Source of the DNA: an uncultured Mageeibacillus sp. | GTDB taxonomy: Bacteria; Bacillota; Clostridia; Saccharofermentanales; DTU023 | DNA: 64,000 bases | Reading direction: 5' to 3' | Assembly: GCA_964606165.1 (NCBI GenBank) | Contig: CAZSFQ010000001.1 | Coordinates: forward strand, 74,278-138,277 | In this document: positions 7,713 through 17,651 of the stretch, in pieces | How the letters are laid out: every line of letters starts with the position of its first letter | Position numbering within the stretch: position 1 is the first letter of the stretch | The notes under the pieces: model-generated | The model's input: only the letters and a program-made list of their open reading frames with translations | What the model was told of the DNA's origin: nothing | The model's database searches: none | Position numbers and translations under genes: made by a program

Positions 7713-8621
7713 CTATTTCAGGAGCCCTGTCAGGGCCGCCGCGATCAGGGCAATCCCAAGCAGGATCCGGTAGAAGGCGAAAATCCGAAAGTCGTGGCGC
7801 CGGATGTAGCTGAGCAGGAAACGGATGATCATAATAGAGACAAGGTAGGCCACCCCCATGCCTACCAGGATGGAAAGCCATTGGATCAGGTTAAAATTCA
7901 GGCCGATCTTGAGAACTTTAAGGAGGCTGGCGCCCAGCATGACAGGAACTGCCAGGAAAAAAGTAAAGGTGGCGGCGACAGGCCGGGACATGCCGATCAG
8001 GAGCCCGCCAACGATGGTGGCGCCGGAACGGGACGTGCCCGGCAGGATGGCGGCAATCAGCTGAAAAAGGCCAATGAGGAGGGCCGCCTTCCAGTCAATC
8101 TGGCTGGTGGACTGAATGGAGGGCTTGCGGTATTTCCAGCGGATATAGAACTCAATCACCAGAAAAGCCAGGCCGACCACGATCAGCATGACGGCCACAG
8201 TCCACGGATTGTAGAAAATGGCTTCGATTGTGTCGTCAAAGAGGACACCGATCACAGCAGCGGGTACGCAGGCGACCAGGATCATCACCCACAGTCTCAG
8301 GATCTTGTGATCGACTGCCAGAGGGAAGGCTCCTTGATTGGACAGCTGCCTCTCATTTGCCGGATCAAGGGCATCTTTTCGCCGTGGAAAAGGCCACAGC
8401 TGTTGCCAGAAAGTGACAACCACGGCCATGACCGCCCCCAATTGGATGACAACAAGGAAAAAGGAAAAGAAGAGCCGGTTGCTGATGGCGTCCCCCCCCG
8501 CTGTAAAGGGGACGAAACGTTCCAGAATCAGCAGATGCCCCGTACTGCTGATGGGCAGCCACTCTGTTATTCCCTCAACAATTCCGTACAAAACACTTTT
8601 CAAGATATCAAGCCATGCCAT
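7713..8621 (-). CDS. uppP: Undecaprenyl-diphosphate phosphatase (BacA/UppP)
   Basis: GIVEGITEWLPISSTGH, IQLGAV and PGTSRSGATI motifs; multipass membrane protein. Confidence 0.95.
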   Translation of the reverse strand: MAWLDILKSVLYGIVEGITEWLPISSTGHLLILERFVPFTAGGDAISNRLFFSFFLVVIQLGAVMAVVVTFWQQLWPFPRRKDALDPANERQLSNQGAFPLAVDHKILRLWVMILVACVPAAVIGVLFDDTIEAIFYNPWTVAVMLIVVGLAFLVIEFYIRWKYRKPSIQSTSQIDWKAALLIGLFQLIAAILPGTSRSGATIVGGLLIGMSRPVAATFTFFLAVPVMLGASLLKVLKIGLNFNLIQWLSILVGMGVAYLVSIMIIRFLLSYIRRHDFRIFAFYRILLGIALIAAALTGLLK

Positions 8622-8633
8622 TATCTTATCCCC

Positions 8634-11600
8634 TCATTTTCCTTGCCTTAAGACCAGGACGCCACCCGGTAAAAGCGTAAACTCATCGCGTTTGCGCTCC
8701 CAACTGCCCTCGCTGATGGTGTTGCCTCGATGATCGTACAGCGCAAATCTCGTTTCTTGCTGATCCAGCCCCTGAATTGATACGACATGGGCCGACCGGT
8801 CCAGATTCAAGGCGAAAACAAGGATCGAGTCACGCGAACCAAAGGCATAAAATAACACACGGCGCTGGCTGTCGAGCTCCGCTTCCTGTTCCAAATCCTC
8901 CGTTTGATCCTTGGCAGCCTGGCTGCTCCGGACCAGGGCAGGTTCCTCCAAAAGTTGCAGGCCCGATAAGCCCCGGACGGCATTGAGCGCGTGTCCTGTC
9001 AAATGCTTGTCCGTCAAAGAACTGCGGTCCGCGTAATTGATGTCCATAAGGGCAAGCACTGTATTATTGCCCAGATCGGCAAGAACAACACCCACAGCGT
9101 CGACCAGACGGACCGGCTCATGGTCATAGTCAATTTCGACCGAACGGATCAGTTCAGGAACCAGGACCCCGCCTGACATGCCGCGCCTGGGGATGCTGTT
9201 GATCCAATCATTAAGGATTTCTTCAAGCGTCTCTTCCGAATCAAGCGGCTGGCCGAGCCGGAGATCACCGGCATGGTAATCGGCAGTCGTGTGGCTCCGG
9301 CCGTCATCGTACTGCATGGAGTCAATGAAGAAGACCTGATTTCTGATGCCCTGAAAGTCAGGCGCGGCCTTGATCTGATCCATGAGCCAATGAACGTAGT
9401 TGGCGCGGGAGGCGTCGTTGGGAAGAATCCCTCCCCCATCGGTCAGCTCGATATAAATCAGGCTGAAAGTGTCGGTCCAGCGTCCGATGGCGCCGTCGCG
9501 CGACCTGAGCTTGCCGTAAGTGGACAGGGGTGATCCCGCCAGGTACTCGACCAGGTGGGCCAGCTCCGCGGGTGTCGCGTGAAGGTCGACCACCAGCCAG
9601 GGCGAGGCTCCCTGTGTTTCCACATACTGCAAGGCCGTCCCCAGATTGTGGGCGCGGGTGTCATTACCCCCGGCGCTCCCCGTCCCCTCGGGCAGGGACC
9701 AGAATTCTTCCCCGTATCCCTGGCGTCCGATCGGCACGCTGTCGAGCCTGATCACATCAGCGCGGGCAGACTTTTCCTCTGTCAGGAAATCCGACAAGGC
9801 TCCTGGCGTGTCATCGTTTCTCCCAAACCAGATATTGTCCAGGTGAAGGGTTCCGGATCCGGCAAATCCAAAATTGATCCAAAGCTCATCATCCAGTTTC
9901 AGGCCGCGCGGGAACAAGAGCGTAAAGCGCCGGTGCTGCCACGCTTCACCCTGGATCCTGACCGATTCACCCACCGTGGGAAGGGAGCCTGCAAACCACA
10001 CTTCGATGGGACCATCAATTTGGCCTGTGACCCGGACGTCAAATTCAAGCCGGTAAAAAGGCAGGGTATCACTGACGACAAGCCGCGACAGGTCAAGTTT
10101 TTGTGTCAGCCTGGCGTCCAGATAGGGCCTGTCAGGGTTGTTGACCGGGGTCATGGAGGAAATACCCTGACGCACGGAAAACAAGACTTCTTTTGACGGC
10201 GGTTCGTCTTGATCCTCCTGGCCGGCCGATGGATCCGTCCCTGTTTTTTCAATAGAAAGGGCACCGGAGCCTCCGGAATCATAGCCTTCCTTCCCTTCAC
10301 GGGCATCGTCAGAGGTCACAAATGAAGCGCCGCCTGACAGGGCCCATTCACCGGCGGGCAGGGCTTCCTCACGCAGGACATAGCTTATTTCCTGTGTATT
10401 GAGCTCCGGTGATTCGGAGAGACGGATGGTCATTAAGTCACCCGCGGCGACGCTGCCGCCTTCCAGGGCCGGCTCAAAACGAAACTGAGCGGTCAGTTCT
10501 GCCTGGATCATGGTCCCATCGCGTTTGGCCAGGAAGATATCGCCGGAGGGGAAAAGGGCGAACCGCTCAAGCCTGCTTTCATCAAAGGGGTTCTCGAGGT
10601 TCCAGGACTTACCGCCGTCTTTGGAATAAAGCAGCCGGCCATCAGCCGCCAGAACGACAAATTTGTCCGATGACATGACCATGATCTCCGTCAGGTCCGT
10701 CAACTCAATCAGGTTTTCTTCCGGTTCAAGGAAACGCACTACTCCCTTGTCCGGCCTGACCGCCATCTTCCCTCCCGCGCCGGCAAAAAGGGTAATCCCT
10801 CCCCCGGCTTTGGCGGCCAGCCAGGCTCCGTTGGATTGCAGGGATTCCTCGATTTGCCACTCGATTCCATTTGAGGAAGAGGCGACATTGCCCTGGTTCC
10901 CCAGGGCGTAAAGGATCCCGTCACCAGCTTTAACCAAGGACGTGACCTGATCGTCGAGTGGGAATGACAGCAGCTCCATGCCCCACGGATGACCGAAAAA
11001 GAGTTCACCCGGCCCGCCCGAGGCCAGGAAGAAACCATTCTCGTAATCGGGCAGATCCATGTACTCGATGGACCGGACCGCGTAACCGGGAGAGGCCTGG
11101 GTGATCAGGTTCCAATTGGTCCCGTCCGGTGACGCGTACAATTTCCCGTCTGAATCACCTGCGAGCAGGCCACCTGGTCCGGCGGCAATGGCAGTCAGAT
11201 CGACGCTGAAGCGGAAGGCCATCTGTTCGGGCGCCGCGTCGCGCGGCAACTTGACGAGGGCTCCCCCCGTCCCGCACGCGTAAACGGTTCCGCCGGCTTC
11301 GGCAAAGTCGCTCCAGCGCGGGTTCGCGGTCTCCAAGGGGATTGAAAGTTCCCGCTTGCCCGATACGATGCCCGCCTCATAACCGGTAATCCTGCCCGAG
11401 TTGATCAGGGTCATCTCGGACAGCGATTCGCGAAAAAGAGAAAAAGCAGCGCCAGCGTAATAGTCTTTTGCCAAGGGAACCTGCGAACGCGCCTCCGTCA
11501 TCTTGATGCGAAGTTCATCCGCCTTGCCGTCATTGGCAAAATAGTGAGCGTGGTGTGTAAGGGGCGAGAAGGACCCGCCGGTGACGAGATTGGTCGAGGG

Positions 11601-11831
11601 CAGGCCGGTCAAATTGATGCCGGTGCCGGTCAGGACAAGCTGGCTGGCCGCTTTATCGCTTACACGGACATGAGACGCCGGCCGGCTCCCCAAAATCCCC
11701 GCCGCCTGCCAGACAATGGAAAGCACGACCACAGCGATGACCAGCAAGACGACCGCAGTGGTCAGGACGGTCCTCCGTCTCAGGCTTCTTGGAATCAATC
11801 GGAAACGTGCCACCTCAAACCGCCGCCTCAT
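8634..11831 (-). CDS. ~1065-aa membrane-anchored surface protein: beta-propeller (BNR/YCF48-like) + carbohydrate-binding-like domain + GH51-like barrel lacking the GNE motif
   Basis: RBS before ATG 11831; basic N-terminus plus one TM helix; BNR boxes (YASPDGTNW, SSNGIEW, YSKDGGKSW); GSGTLHLDNIWFG; VEYLAGSPLSTYGKLRSRDG...WTDTFSLIYIELTDG resembles GH51 alpha-L-arabinofuranosidase-like barrels. Confidence 0.65.
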   Translation of the reverse strand: MRRRFEVARFRLIPRSLRRRTVLTTAVVLLVIAVVVLSIVWQAAGILGSRPASHVRVSDKAASQLVLTGTGINLTGLPSTNLVTGGSFSPLTHHAHYFANDGKADELRIKMTEARSQVPLAKDYYAGAAFSLFRESLSEMTLINSGRITGYEAGIVSGKRELSIPLETANPRWSDFAEAGGTVYACGTGGALVKLPRDAAPEQMAFRFSVDLTAIAAGPGGLLAGDSDGKLYASPDGTNWNLITQASPGYAVRSIEYMDLPDYENGFFLASGGPGELFFGHPWGMELLSFPLDDQVTSLVKAGDGILYALGNQGNVASSSNGIEWQIEESLQSNGAWLAAKAGGGITLFAGAGGKMAVRPDKGVVRFLEPEENLIELTDLTEIMVMSSDKFVVLAADGRLLYSKDGGKSWNLENPFDESRLERFALFPSGDIFLAKRDGTMIQAELTAQFRFEPALEGGSVAAGDLMTIRLSESPELNTQEISYVLREEALPAGEWALSGGASFVTSDDAREGKEGYDSGGSGALSIEKTGTDPSAGQEDQDEPPSKEVLFSVRQGISSMTPVNNPDRPYLDARLTQKLDLSRLVVSDTLPFYRLEFDVRVTGQIDGPIEVWFAGSLPTVGESVRIQGEAWQHRRFTLLFPRGLKLDDELWINFGFAGSGTLHLDNIWFGRNDDTPGALSDFLTEEKSARADVIRLDSVPIGRQGYGEEFWSLPEGTGSAGGNDTRAHNLGTALQYVETQGASPWLVVDLHATPAELAHLVEYLAGSPLSTYGKLRSRDGAIGRWTDTFSLIYIELTDGGGILPNDASRANYVHWLMDQIKAAPDFQGIRNQVFFIDSMQYDDGRSHTTADYHAGDLRLGQPLDSEETLEEILNDWINSIPRRGMSGGVLVPELIRSVEIDYDHEPVRLVDAVGVVLADLGNNTVLALMDINYADRSSLTDKHLTGHALNAVRGLSGLQLLEEPALVRSSQAAKDQTEDLEQEAELDSQRRVLFYAFGSRDSILVFALNLDRSAHVVSIQGLDQQETRFALYDHRGNTISEGSWERKRDEFTLLPGGVLVLRQGK

Positions 11832-12765
11832 CCCTCTTCCTGCTTGTCTTTCGCAGGACCAGCATGCCGGCAAGGCCGATCAGCACGAAGGCATAGAGTA
11901 CGTAGACAATGATTTCTTCCGCCCGCTCCCCTGCTCCCGTCAAGCGGACAAGCCAGCCGGAGCCAATGAAATTGAAGATGGCGTGCATGGCGATCGGGAT
12001 CGCGATATTGCGGGTCAGATGATAGGCCATGGTCAAGGCAAAGCCGGCAATCAGGACATAGGAGCCCTGGATCAGATCAAGGTGGAAGAGGGCAAATAGA
12101 AGGGTCGTCCCCACTACGGAAACGGAAGCCGGAAAAGCCTTGCGCAATTCTCCCTGGACGATGCCCCGGAAAAGAAGCTCTTCACCGACCGGGACCAGGA
12201 GTACCGTCGCGATGAAATCGAGGGCGGACACCGAGGACGCGGCGTCAAACAGGACCATCTTTTCCATGTAGTCCGCAAAGAGACGGCCCAGGGCCGATGC
12301 CGGATCGAACGAGGCCAGGATGGCCATCCACAGCTGGGTCAGACCCAGGGCCCCCAGGATAAGGGCAACCGAGCTCAGGGATTGGACCCAGGTCACGCGC
12401 TCAAAGGGAACGGACAGGTCCAGTCTCTTTCTGCGCCGGTACAAATAGAAAGTATATACGGGAATCAGGATGACCATGCCGAGCAGCGAAGCGTAGATCA
12501 TGGCACCGCTTTCGACCAGGATCCGCAGCATAACCGCGCTGTCGGCCGCGCTTTCTCGGAGTTCGGCCTGAAGCGACGGGTTGGAATAAAGATAGGAGAA
12601 AGTGCGGGCAAGGGAAATGCCGTTCAGGACGGCGTGATGCAGCAGCATAAAAAGTAAGGGCGCGAGAAAGGTTCGGGCCGTGACCCGCCTGCCGCCGGCT
12701 GGCGGCAACATACCAACCGCAGGTTCCTGTGTGCTGTGTACGTATTGTTCTGTGTTTTGCACCAT
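11815..12765 (-). CDS. CPBP/CAAX-family intramembrane glutamic endopeptidase
   Basis: PVGEELLFRG, LFALFH and IAMHAIFN motifs; multiple TM helices. Confidence 0.9.
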   Translation of the reverse strand: MVQNTEQYVHSTQEPAVGMLPPAGGRRVTARTFLAPLLFMLLHHAVLNGISLARTFSYLYSNPSLQAELRESAADSAVMLRILVESGAMIYASLLGMVILIPVYTFYLYRRRKRLDLSVPFERVTWVQSLSSVALILGALGLTQLWMAILASFDPASALGRLFADYMEKMVLFDAASSVSALDFIATVLLVPVGEELLFRGIVQGELRKAFPASVSVVGTTLLFALFHLDLIQGSYVLIAGFALTMAYHLTRNIAIPIAMHAIFNFIGSGWLVRLTGAGERAEEIIVYVLYAFVLIGLAGMLVLRKTSRKRDEAAV

Positions 12766-12811
12766 GGCAGGCTGGCTCCATCCACAAGCCCGGCTATAGG
12801 AAGCGGGTCAG

Positions 12812-13162
12812 CTAGGGGCGGGCGATCGAGCCGGTATACCGTTCAAAAAAATACTCAAAGGCGCGATCAAGTTCTTTCCTGCTTGTGACGGAAGAAAAGA
12901 CGTGCTCACCGTTTTCATCCTTCCACGAACGCATGATGACGACTTCGGGGCTGGCCCTTTTGCCGTCATCCGGTTCGTAATTATACATAACGGTGTAGGT
13001 CTGCCCCCCGATCGAAAAGGAGTCCAGGAGCGACACATAATACTCGCGGCCGCTCCGCTCATCCACAATGATGGCAAGAACGCCGTCCCCCGCGCTCCTC
13101 CGGTCACTTTCCCGAAGCGGGCGTTCGCGCGGCTGTTTACGCTTCCGGGAAGTCTCCGTCAT
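12812..13162 (-). CDS. DUF1292-like protein with basic N-terminal tail
   Basis: IIVDERSGREYYVSLLDSFSIGGQTYTVM...VVIMR...GEHVFSSV...ELDRAFEYF matches the DUF1292 pattern. Confidence 0.6.
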   Translation of the reverse strand: MTETSRKRKQPRERPLRESDRRSAGDGVLAIIVDERSGREYYVSLLDSFSIGGQTYTVMYNYEPDDGKRASPEVVIMRSWKDENGEHVFSSVTSRKELDRAFEYFFERYTGSIARP

Positions 13163-13499
13163 CTTCGCACTCTTCCAGCAGGGCCTGGTAGGCCTGGTAG
13201 ACAGCTTCGTCCTCGTCGTCCTCGAGACCTACGAGGACTTCCTCCCCGTCATCCCCGGCCACAAACTTCATGAAGAACAAGCTCATCTCGTCTTCGTCGC
13301 CTTCGGATGGATCGACCAGGACACAATATTCCTCCCCTTCATGGGAAAAGGTATCCGCCATGATGAAAGAGTAGTCTTCTCCTGTTTCTGTATCGGTCAA
13401 AACGACATAGGCGTCCTCGTCAAAAAGCTCATCGACACCTTCTTCACAACAACAGTCATGCTCATCTTCCGACATGTAGAGTACCTGTAATTTCTTCAT
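13137..13499 (-). CDS. DUF1292 (YrzB/UPF0473-like) acidic protein
   Basis: VVLTDTETGEDYSFIMADTFSHEGEEYCVL...LVGLEDDEDEAVY; located after ruvX as usual; alternative start at 13475. Confidence 0.8.
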   Translation of the reverse strand: MKKLQVLYMSEDEHDCCCEEGVDELFDEDAYVVLTDTETGEDYSFIMADTFSHEGEEYCVLVDPSEGDEDEMSLFFMKFVAGDDGEEVLVGLEDDEDEAVYQAYQALLEECEDDGDFPEA

Positions 13500-13578
13500 T
13501 GCTTGATTCCTCCAAGGAGTTATTTGCTTTTCACACGCGGTCCGTCATCCGACAGGCGCGGTGATCGAAGGCATTATA

Positions 13579-14037
13579 TCACGATCCGCAGGGGCCCGCT
13601 GTCAGACCCCCCCTCTCACGGTCAAGCCAATCCTGCAAGAGGATCTCAGCCGCGATGCGGTCGACAAGGCTCTTATCCCTTTTTTTCTTTTTACTGGCGG
13701 TTTCGACGATTACCCGGGAAGCCAGAACCGATGTGTACCGTTCATCATAGAGTTCAACCCTGCAGTCAGAAGCCTGACGCAAGGCGTCCGCGAAAGCCGA
13801 CGCGAGCGCGCCTGTTTCCGAATCCCTCCCGTCGGTCCGGGCCGGGAAGCCGACCACGATGGTGTCCACATCATGCTCCTCGCACAAGGCGGCAATTTCG
13901 CTGACAGGGCCCTCGCCGTCACCGCGGACCCGGTCGATGGTTACAAGGCGCCGCGCCAGGAAACGCAGCGGGTCGCTCAAGGCAACGCCGATCCGGCGGG
14001 TTCCGAAATCAATGCCCAAAACGCGCCGGCGCGTCAC
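13579..14037 (-). CDS. ruvX: Holliday-junction-resolvase-like/pre-16S rRNA nuclease YqgF
   Basis: VLGIDFGTRRIGVALSD, VVGFP, YDERYTS and VDRIAAEILLQ; the start could be GTG 14037 or ATG 14085. Confidence 0.92.
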   Translation of the reverse strand: MTRRRVLGIDFGTRRIGVALSDPLRFLARRLVTIDRVRGDGEGPVSEIAALCEEHDVDTIVVGFPARTDGRDSETGALASAFADALRQASDCRVELYDERYTSVLASRVIVETASKKKKRDKSLVDRIAAEILLQDWLDRERGGLTAGPCGS

Positions 14038-14038
14038 C

Positions 14039-14290
14039 TCAGAGGCGGTCGACGTAATCCCTGATGACGACTTCAAGCAGTTCATCCCGCTCCAGGCGGC
14101 GGATCACTCCGCGGGCACCAAGGTGGCTGGTGATGTAAGTGGGATCCCCCGAAAGAAAGTAACCGACCAGCTGATTGATCGGGTCGTAACCTTTTTCCTC
14201 GAGCGCTTTCATTACCTCAGCCATAATCTGGTGGGCGGCAAGGCGTTTTTCGCTGCCTATTTCAAAACGATTCGTATCCTGTTCTTCCAT
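14039..14290 (-). CDS. ireB: IreB/ReoM-family regulatory phosphoprotein (UPF0297)
   Basis: [43 protein letters not shown]; GGAGG RBS before ATG 14290. Confidence 0.92.
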   Translation of the reverse strand: MEEQDTNRFEIGSEKRLAAHQIMAEVMKALEEKGYDPINQLVGYFLSGDPTYITSHLGARGVIRRLERDELLEVVIRDYVDRL

Positions 14291-14336
14291 AACTACCTCC
14301 TGCTCAAGTTTACCACGTTGCCAGGCCAAAAACCGT

Positions 14337-15650
14337 TTAGGCGATCACCGCCAGCGCCATATCTCCCTCAAGGCCGACTATGCGCGCGGCTCTGATTTGC
14401 CCCCGCCGCAAGGCTGCGGTTTGCGGGCCGGCAGGCCCTCCTTTGACCTGGATGTATTCGGGGGTATATCCCAGTGCCTTTCCTTCCTGGTCGATCCGCT
14501 CAACCAAAAGGTCCCGGGTCTGACCCAGCCGGGCCCTGATGGCCCGGGCGGCCAGTTCAGACGCGGTCTTGTGCAGGATCAAGGACCGCAAGGCGGCCAG
14601 CTCTTCAGGAACCTGGCCGGTCATGGCGGAAGCGGCCGTACCCGGCCTGGCCGAGAAACGAAAGACATGGATTCTCAAAAAGCCTATTTCATGACAGAAG
14701 GCAACGGTTTCCTCGAAATCGCGATCCGTCTCCCCCGGGAAACCGACGATCAGATCCGTCGTGATCCCAGCCCAGGGAAAGCATGCCCGGATCCGCCCGA
14801 CGGCATCCCGGAATTGCGCGCTTGTGTCTCTTCGCCTCATGGCCTTCAGTATCCGGTCCGAGCCGCTTTGCAAAGAAAGATGAAAGGAGGGGCAAAGGTG
14901 ACGAAGACCCGACACACGAGCCATAAACTGCGGGGTGATGGTTCCTGATTCGAGCGAGCCAAGCCTGATCCGCCTGATTCCGTCCACCTTGTCCAGCATA
15001 TCCAGGACATCCGCCAGACCGGCTGCCTGACCGCCCCCTTTGAAGTCGATTCCATAGGCGTTGATATTGGTCCCCGTCAGGACGATCTCGGAAAAGCCCC
15101 GCCGGGCAAGATCTTCCGCTTCCCCGCGTATCTTTTCCATGGACCGGCTCCTGGCCGGCCCCCGCGCCAGACAAATGGCACAGTAGGCGCAGCGGTTGTC
15201 GCAGCCGTCCTGAATCTTCAGGCAGGCCCGCGTTTCCTCTGGCACCGCTGTGGCGCCCAGCTCCTCGTAGACGGCTCCTGACAATGAAGATTGAATCATG
15301 CTGGCCGGAAGATCCGTCTTTCCTTTGAGGGCCCCGAGAATCAGCTCCGGCAGCTGATCGCGAAGGCTGGTTCCCGACGTCAGGTCTGCCAGCGAGGCCA
15401 GGTCATCAAGCTGGGAGTAGCAGCCACAGGCCACGATGAGGGCTCCGGGGTTTTCCCTGCGAAAACGCCGCAGGATCTGGCGGGATTTTCTTTCCGCCTC
15501 GCCCGTCACTGCGCAGGTGTTGAGGACATAAATATCCGCCCGCTCCCCGGGTGCGGCCGGCGTCAGACCGTAACCGCAAAGTTTTTGGGCCAGGGCGTCC
15601 ATCTCGTATTGATTTGTTTTGCAGCCCAGCGCTGAAACCGCAAATTTCAT
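14337..15650 (-). CDS. mtaB: tRNA t6A37 methylthiotransferase
   Basis: [20 protein letters not shown], radical-SAM [20 protein letters not shown] and [10 protein letters not shown]. Confidence 0.93.
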   Translation of the reverse strand: MKFAVSALGCKTNQYEMDALAQKLCGYGLTPAAPGERADIYVLNTCAVTGEAERKSRQILRRFRRENPGALIVACGCYSQLDDLASLADLTSGTSLRDQLPELILGALKGKTDLPASMIQSSLSGAVYEELGATAVPEETRACLKIQDGCDNRCAYCAICLARGPARSRSMEKIRGEAEDLARRGFSEIVLTGTNINAYGIDFKGGGQAAGLADVLDMLDKVDGIRRIRLGSLESGTITPQFMARVSGLRHLCPSFHLSLQSGSDRILKAMRRRDTSAQFRDAVGRIRACFPWAGITTDLIVGFPGETDRDFEETVAFCHEIGFLRIHVFRFSARPGTAASAMTGQVPEELAALRSLILHKTASELAARAIRARLGQTRDLLVERIDQEGKALGYTPEYIQVKGGPAGPQTAALRRGQIRAARIVGLEGDMALAVIA

Positions 15651-15689
15651 TGACTTATCCCTCCCGCCGTCCGGGTCATGGGTGTGGAT

Positions 15690-15711
15690 AAAAAAAGAGC
15701 CGCGAGGCTCT
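15690..15711 (-). terminator. Intrinsic terminator after secG
   Basis: Minus strand AGAGCC-TCGC-GGCTC followed by a T run. Confidence 0.7.
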
Positions 15712-15743
15712 CCTTAGGATCTTCCGGTAAAAAACGGAGCCGG

Positions 15744-16001
15744 TCAGGCGCCGCGTCCTGTCAGAAGATAGAGGACCAGTGTAAAAACAGCAAAGGCGAT
15801 GGCGAAGCCGGTTGTCAGCTTCTTCAGAATGCCTTCCTTGGTGCGGCCTTTTGTCTTGCCGTAAAAGGTATCGGAGCTGCCGGAATCACCTGAAAGCACT
15901 CCAAGTCCCTTGGATTTGCTTTCCTGCATCATGACCGTCACGATCAGGCCGATGCAGGCCAGGATATCAAGAATGATGAATATGATCTGCGCAGCTTTCA
16001 T
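15744..16001 (-). CDS. secG: Preprotein translocase subunit SecG
   Basis: Two TM helices, VMMQESKSKGLG...KGRTKEGILKKLT; GGAGG RBS before ATG 16001. Confidence 0.9.
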   Translation of the reverse strand: MKAAQIIFIILDILACIGLIVTVMMQESKSKGLGVLSGDSGSSDTFYGKTKGRTKEGILKKLTTGFAIAFAVFTLVLYLLTGRGA

Positions 16002-16071
16002 TGCTGTTCCTCCCCTTGGCGTCGCACGCCGGACAATCATAGCATAAAGGCGCGATCAGCCGCAAGTCGCC

Positions 16072-17448
16072 CTAGGCGTCCGGTTCATATGACGCGATTG
16101 CCGTGACCGGCCGCCTCTCAAGGTGACGCATGTAGCAGGGTAAGGCGATGACCAGAGCCAGTCCGGCCAGGTTGGTCGTAATGGAAAAGGACCACCAGAT
16201 CCCACTGACGCCCAGAGCAGTGCCCGAAAGATAAGTGCCGAGCGGGATCCGCGAGACCATGAGTCCGGTTACCACAATGGAGGGCACCAGGGACTGGCCA
16301 AGCGCCGCGAAGGCGGAACTGGTCAGAAGCTGGATCCCCATAAGGAGCTGGGAAGCGGACAGGATACGCAGATAATCGGCGCCGTGTCCGAGAGCCAGGG
16401 GGTCCTTGAAGAAAATGGTCATGATGGGAGCGCCGAAAAGCAGGAGAATCAAAGAGGTGACCGTGCAAATGCCGGATACCAGCCAGAAGCCGGACCAATA
16501 CCCCCTGCGGACACGGCGGTGTTCTCCCGCGCCAAAGTTTTGTGCCATGAAGGCATTGACCGCCGCGGCGAAACCGTCAGCTGTCATCCAGGAAATGCTT
16601 TCAATCTGGGCGCCCAGCCTTTGCGCGGCCACAGCCAGGTCGCCGAAGCGGACGACCAGGCGGGAAATCAGGATGGTGACGATGGCGTGAACGCCCGACT
16701 GCATAGCGACAGGAGCTCCCAGCTTGGCGATGGGCTTGAGACGATGGATCTCCACCGGGCCGCTGAAGAGGCGGAGGCGGGCAAAATACTCATTGCGCCT
16801 GACGGCGGCCAGCATGAGGATGAAGGCGGTTGTTTCAGACAGGAGCGTTGCGATCGCGGCACCCGCGACATCCATCTTGAAGACAAGGATGAAAAGAGGG
16901 TCAAGTAACATATTGAGCACAAGTCCCGTGACGAAGATGACGAAGGGAGTGAAGCTGTTGCCGGAAGCGGTCAGGATGGCGCTGTAAAGCCTGCCGCCGA
17001 CACGGGCGATCATACCCAGGCCGACGATCCACAGGTAAGTCTCTGTGCGTACGATGGTCTCCAGATCATTGAAGTGAAAAATCGATGTCAAGGGGCTTTG
17101 GAGGAAGACAAAAACAAGGGTCAGGGCCGCCGCCATCAGATAACCTGTCCGAAGCGCCGCGCGGGCCCATCCCCTGGCTTCTTCAATATCACCTGCCCCC
17201 AGGGACTGGCCGACCAGGACCTGGCCGCCAATACGCGGCAGGGCGAACAGGCTCTCAACCAGCCAGAAGAGAATGCCCGCCGAACCGACAGCGGCGACCG
17301 CCCGCTCACCCAGCGATGATACCCAGAACATATCGGTCAGGTTATAGGCCAAACCAACGAAAGAGGTGGCCATGATGGGCATGGCCAGCTTCACCACAGT
17401 GGGAAGAATCCGGCCTTTTAGCAAGTCAAGCTGTTTTTCTTTTTGCAT
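16072..17448 (-). CDS. MATE-family efflux transporter
   Basis: KLAMP, YNLTDMFWV, GNSFTPF, LNMLLDPLFI, GAAIAT and FMAQNFGAG; 12-TM pattern. Confidence 0.92.
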   Translation of the reverse strand: MQKEKQLDLLKGRILPTVVKLAMPIMATSFVGLAYNLTDMFWVSSLGERAVAAVGSAGILFWLVESLFALPRIGGQVLVGQSLGAGDIEEARGWARAALRTGYLMAAALTLVFVFLQSPLTSIFHFNDLETIVRTETYLWIVGLGMIARVGGRLYSAILTASGNSFTPFVIFVTGLVLNMLLDPLFILVFKMDVAGAAIATLLSETTAFILMLAAVRRNEYFARLRLFSGPVEIHRLKPIAKLGAPVAMQSGVHAIVTILISRLVVRFGDLAVAAQRLGAQIESISWMTADGFAAAVNAFMAQNFGAGEHRRVRRGYWSGFWLVSGICTVTSLILLLFGAPIMTIFFKDPLALGHGADYLRILSASQLLMGIQLLTSSAFAALGQSLVPSIVVTGLMVSRIPLGTYLSGTALGVSGIWWSFSITTNLAGLALVIALPCYMRHLERRPVTAIASYEPDA

Positions 17449-17526
17449 GGATCACTCTTCGCGCGCTTAATTTCAACTGATTCTAGCACAGAAGGTATCT
17501 TTTCAAGCATGTGGTCCAATTCGATA

Positions 17527-17556
17527 TTGAAATACCGGAATACTTGCCTTACACTA
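17527..17556 (+). promoter_or_regulatory. Putative sigma-A promoter of the rnf operon
   Basis: TTGAAA-18 bp-TACACT, ~95 nt upstream of rnfC. Confidence 0.5.
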
Positions 17557-17651
17557 TTAAAGGATTTTTAAGAGTACCCGTAAGCGTGTGCCACCATGCC
17601 GGGAAGTCCGGCAGATGACCCGAACGGCTAAGAGGAGTAGGGAAGAGAAAG

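Noticed and set aside
17557-17651. Riboswitch in the rnfC leader (hairpin TGCCGG-GAAGT-CCGGCA)
   Set aside because: Only one 6-bp stem; I could not match FMN, Na+ or other riboswitch consensus, and no Rex box is visible. An Infernal scan is needed.
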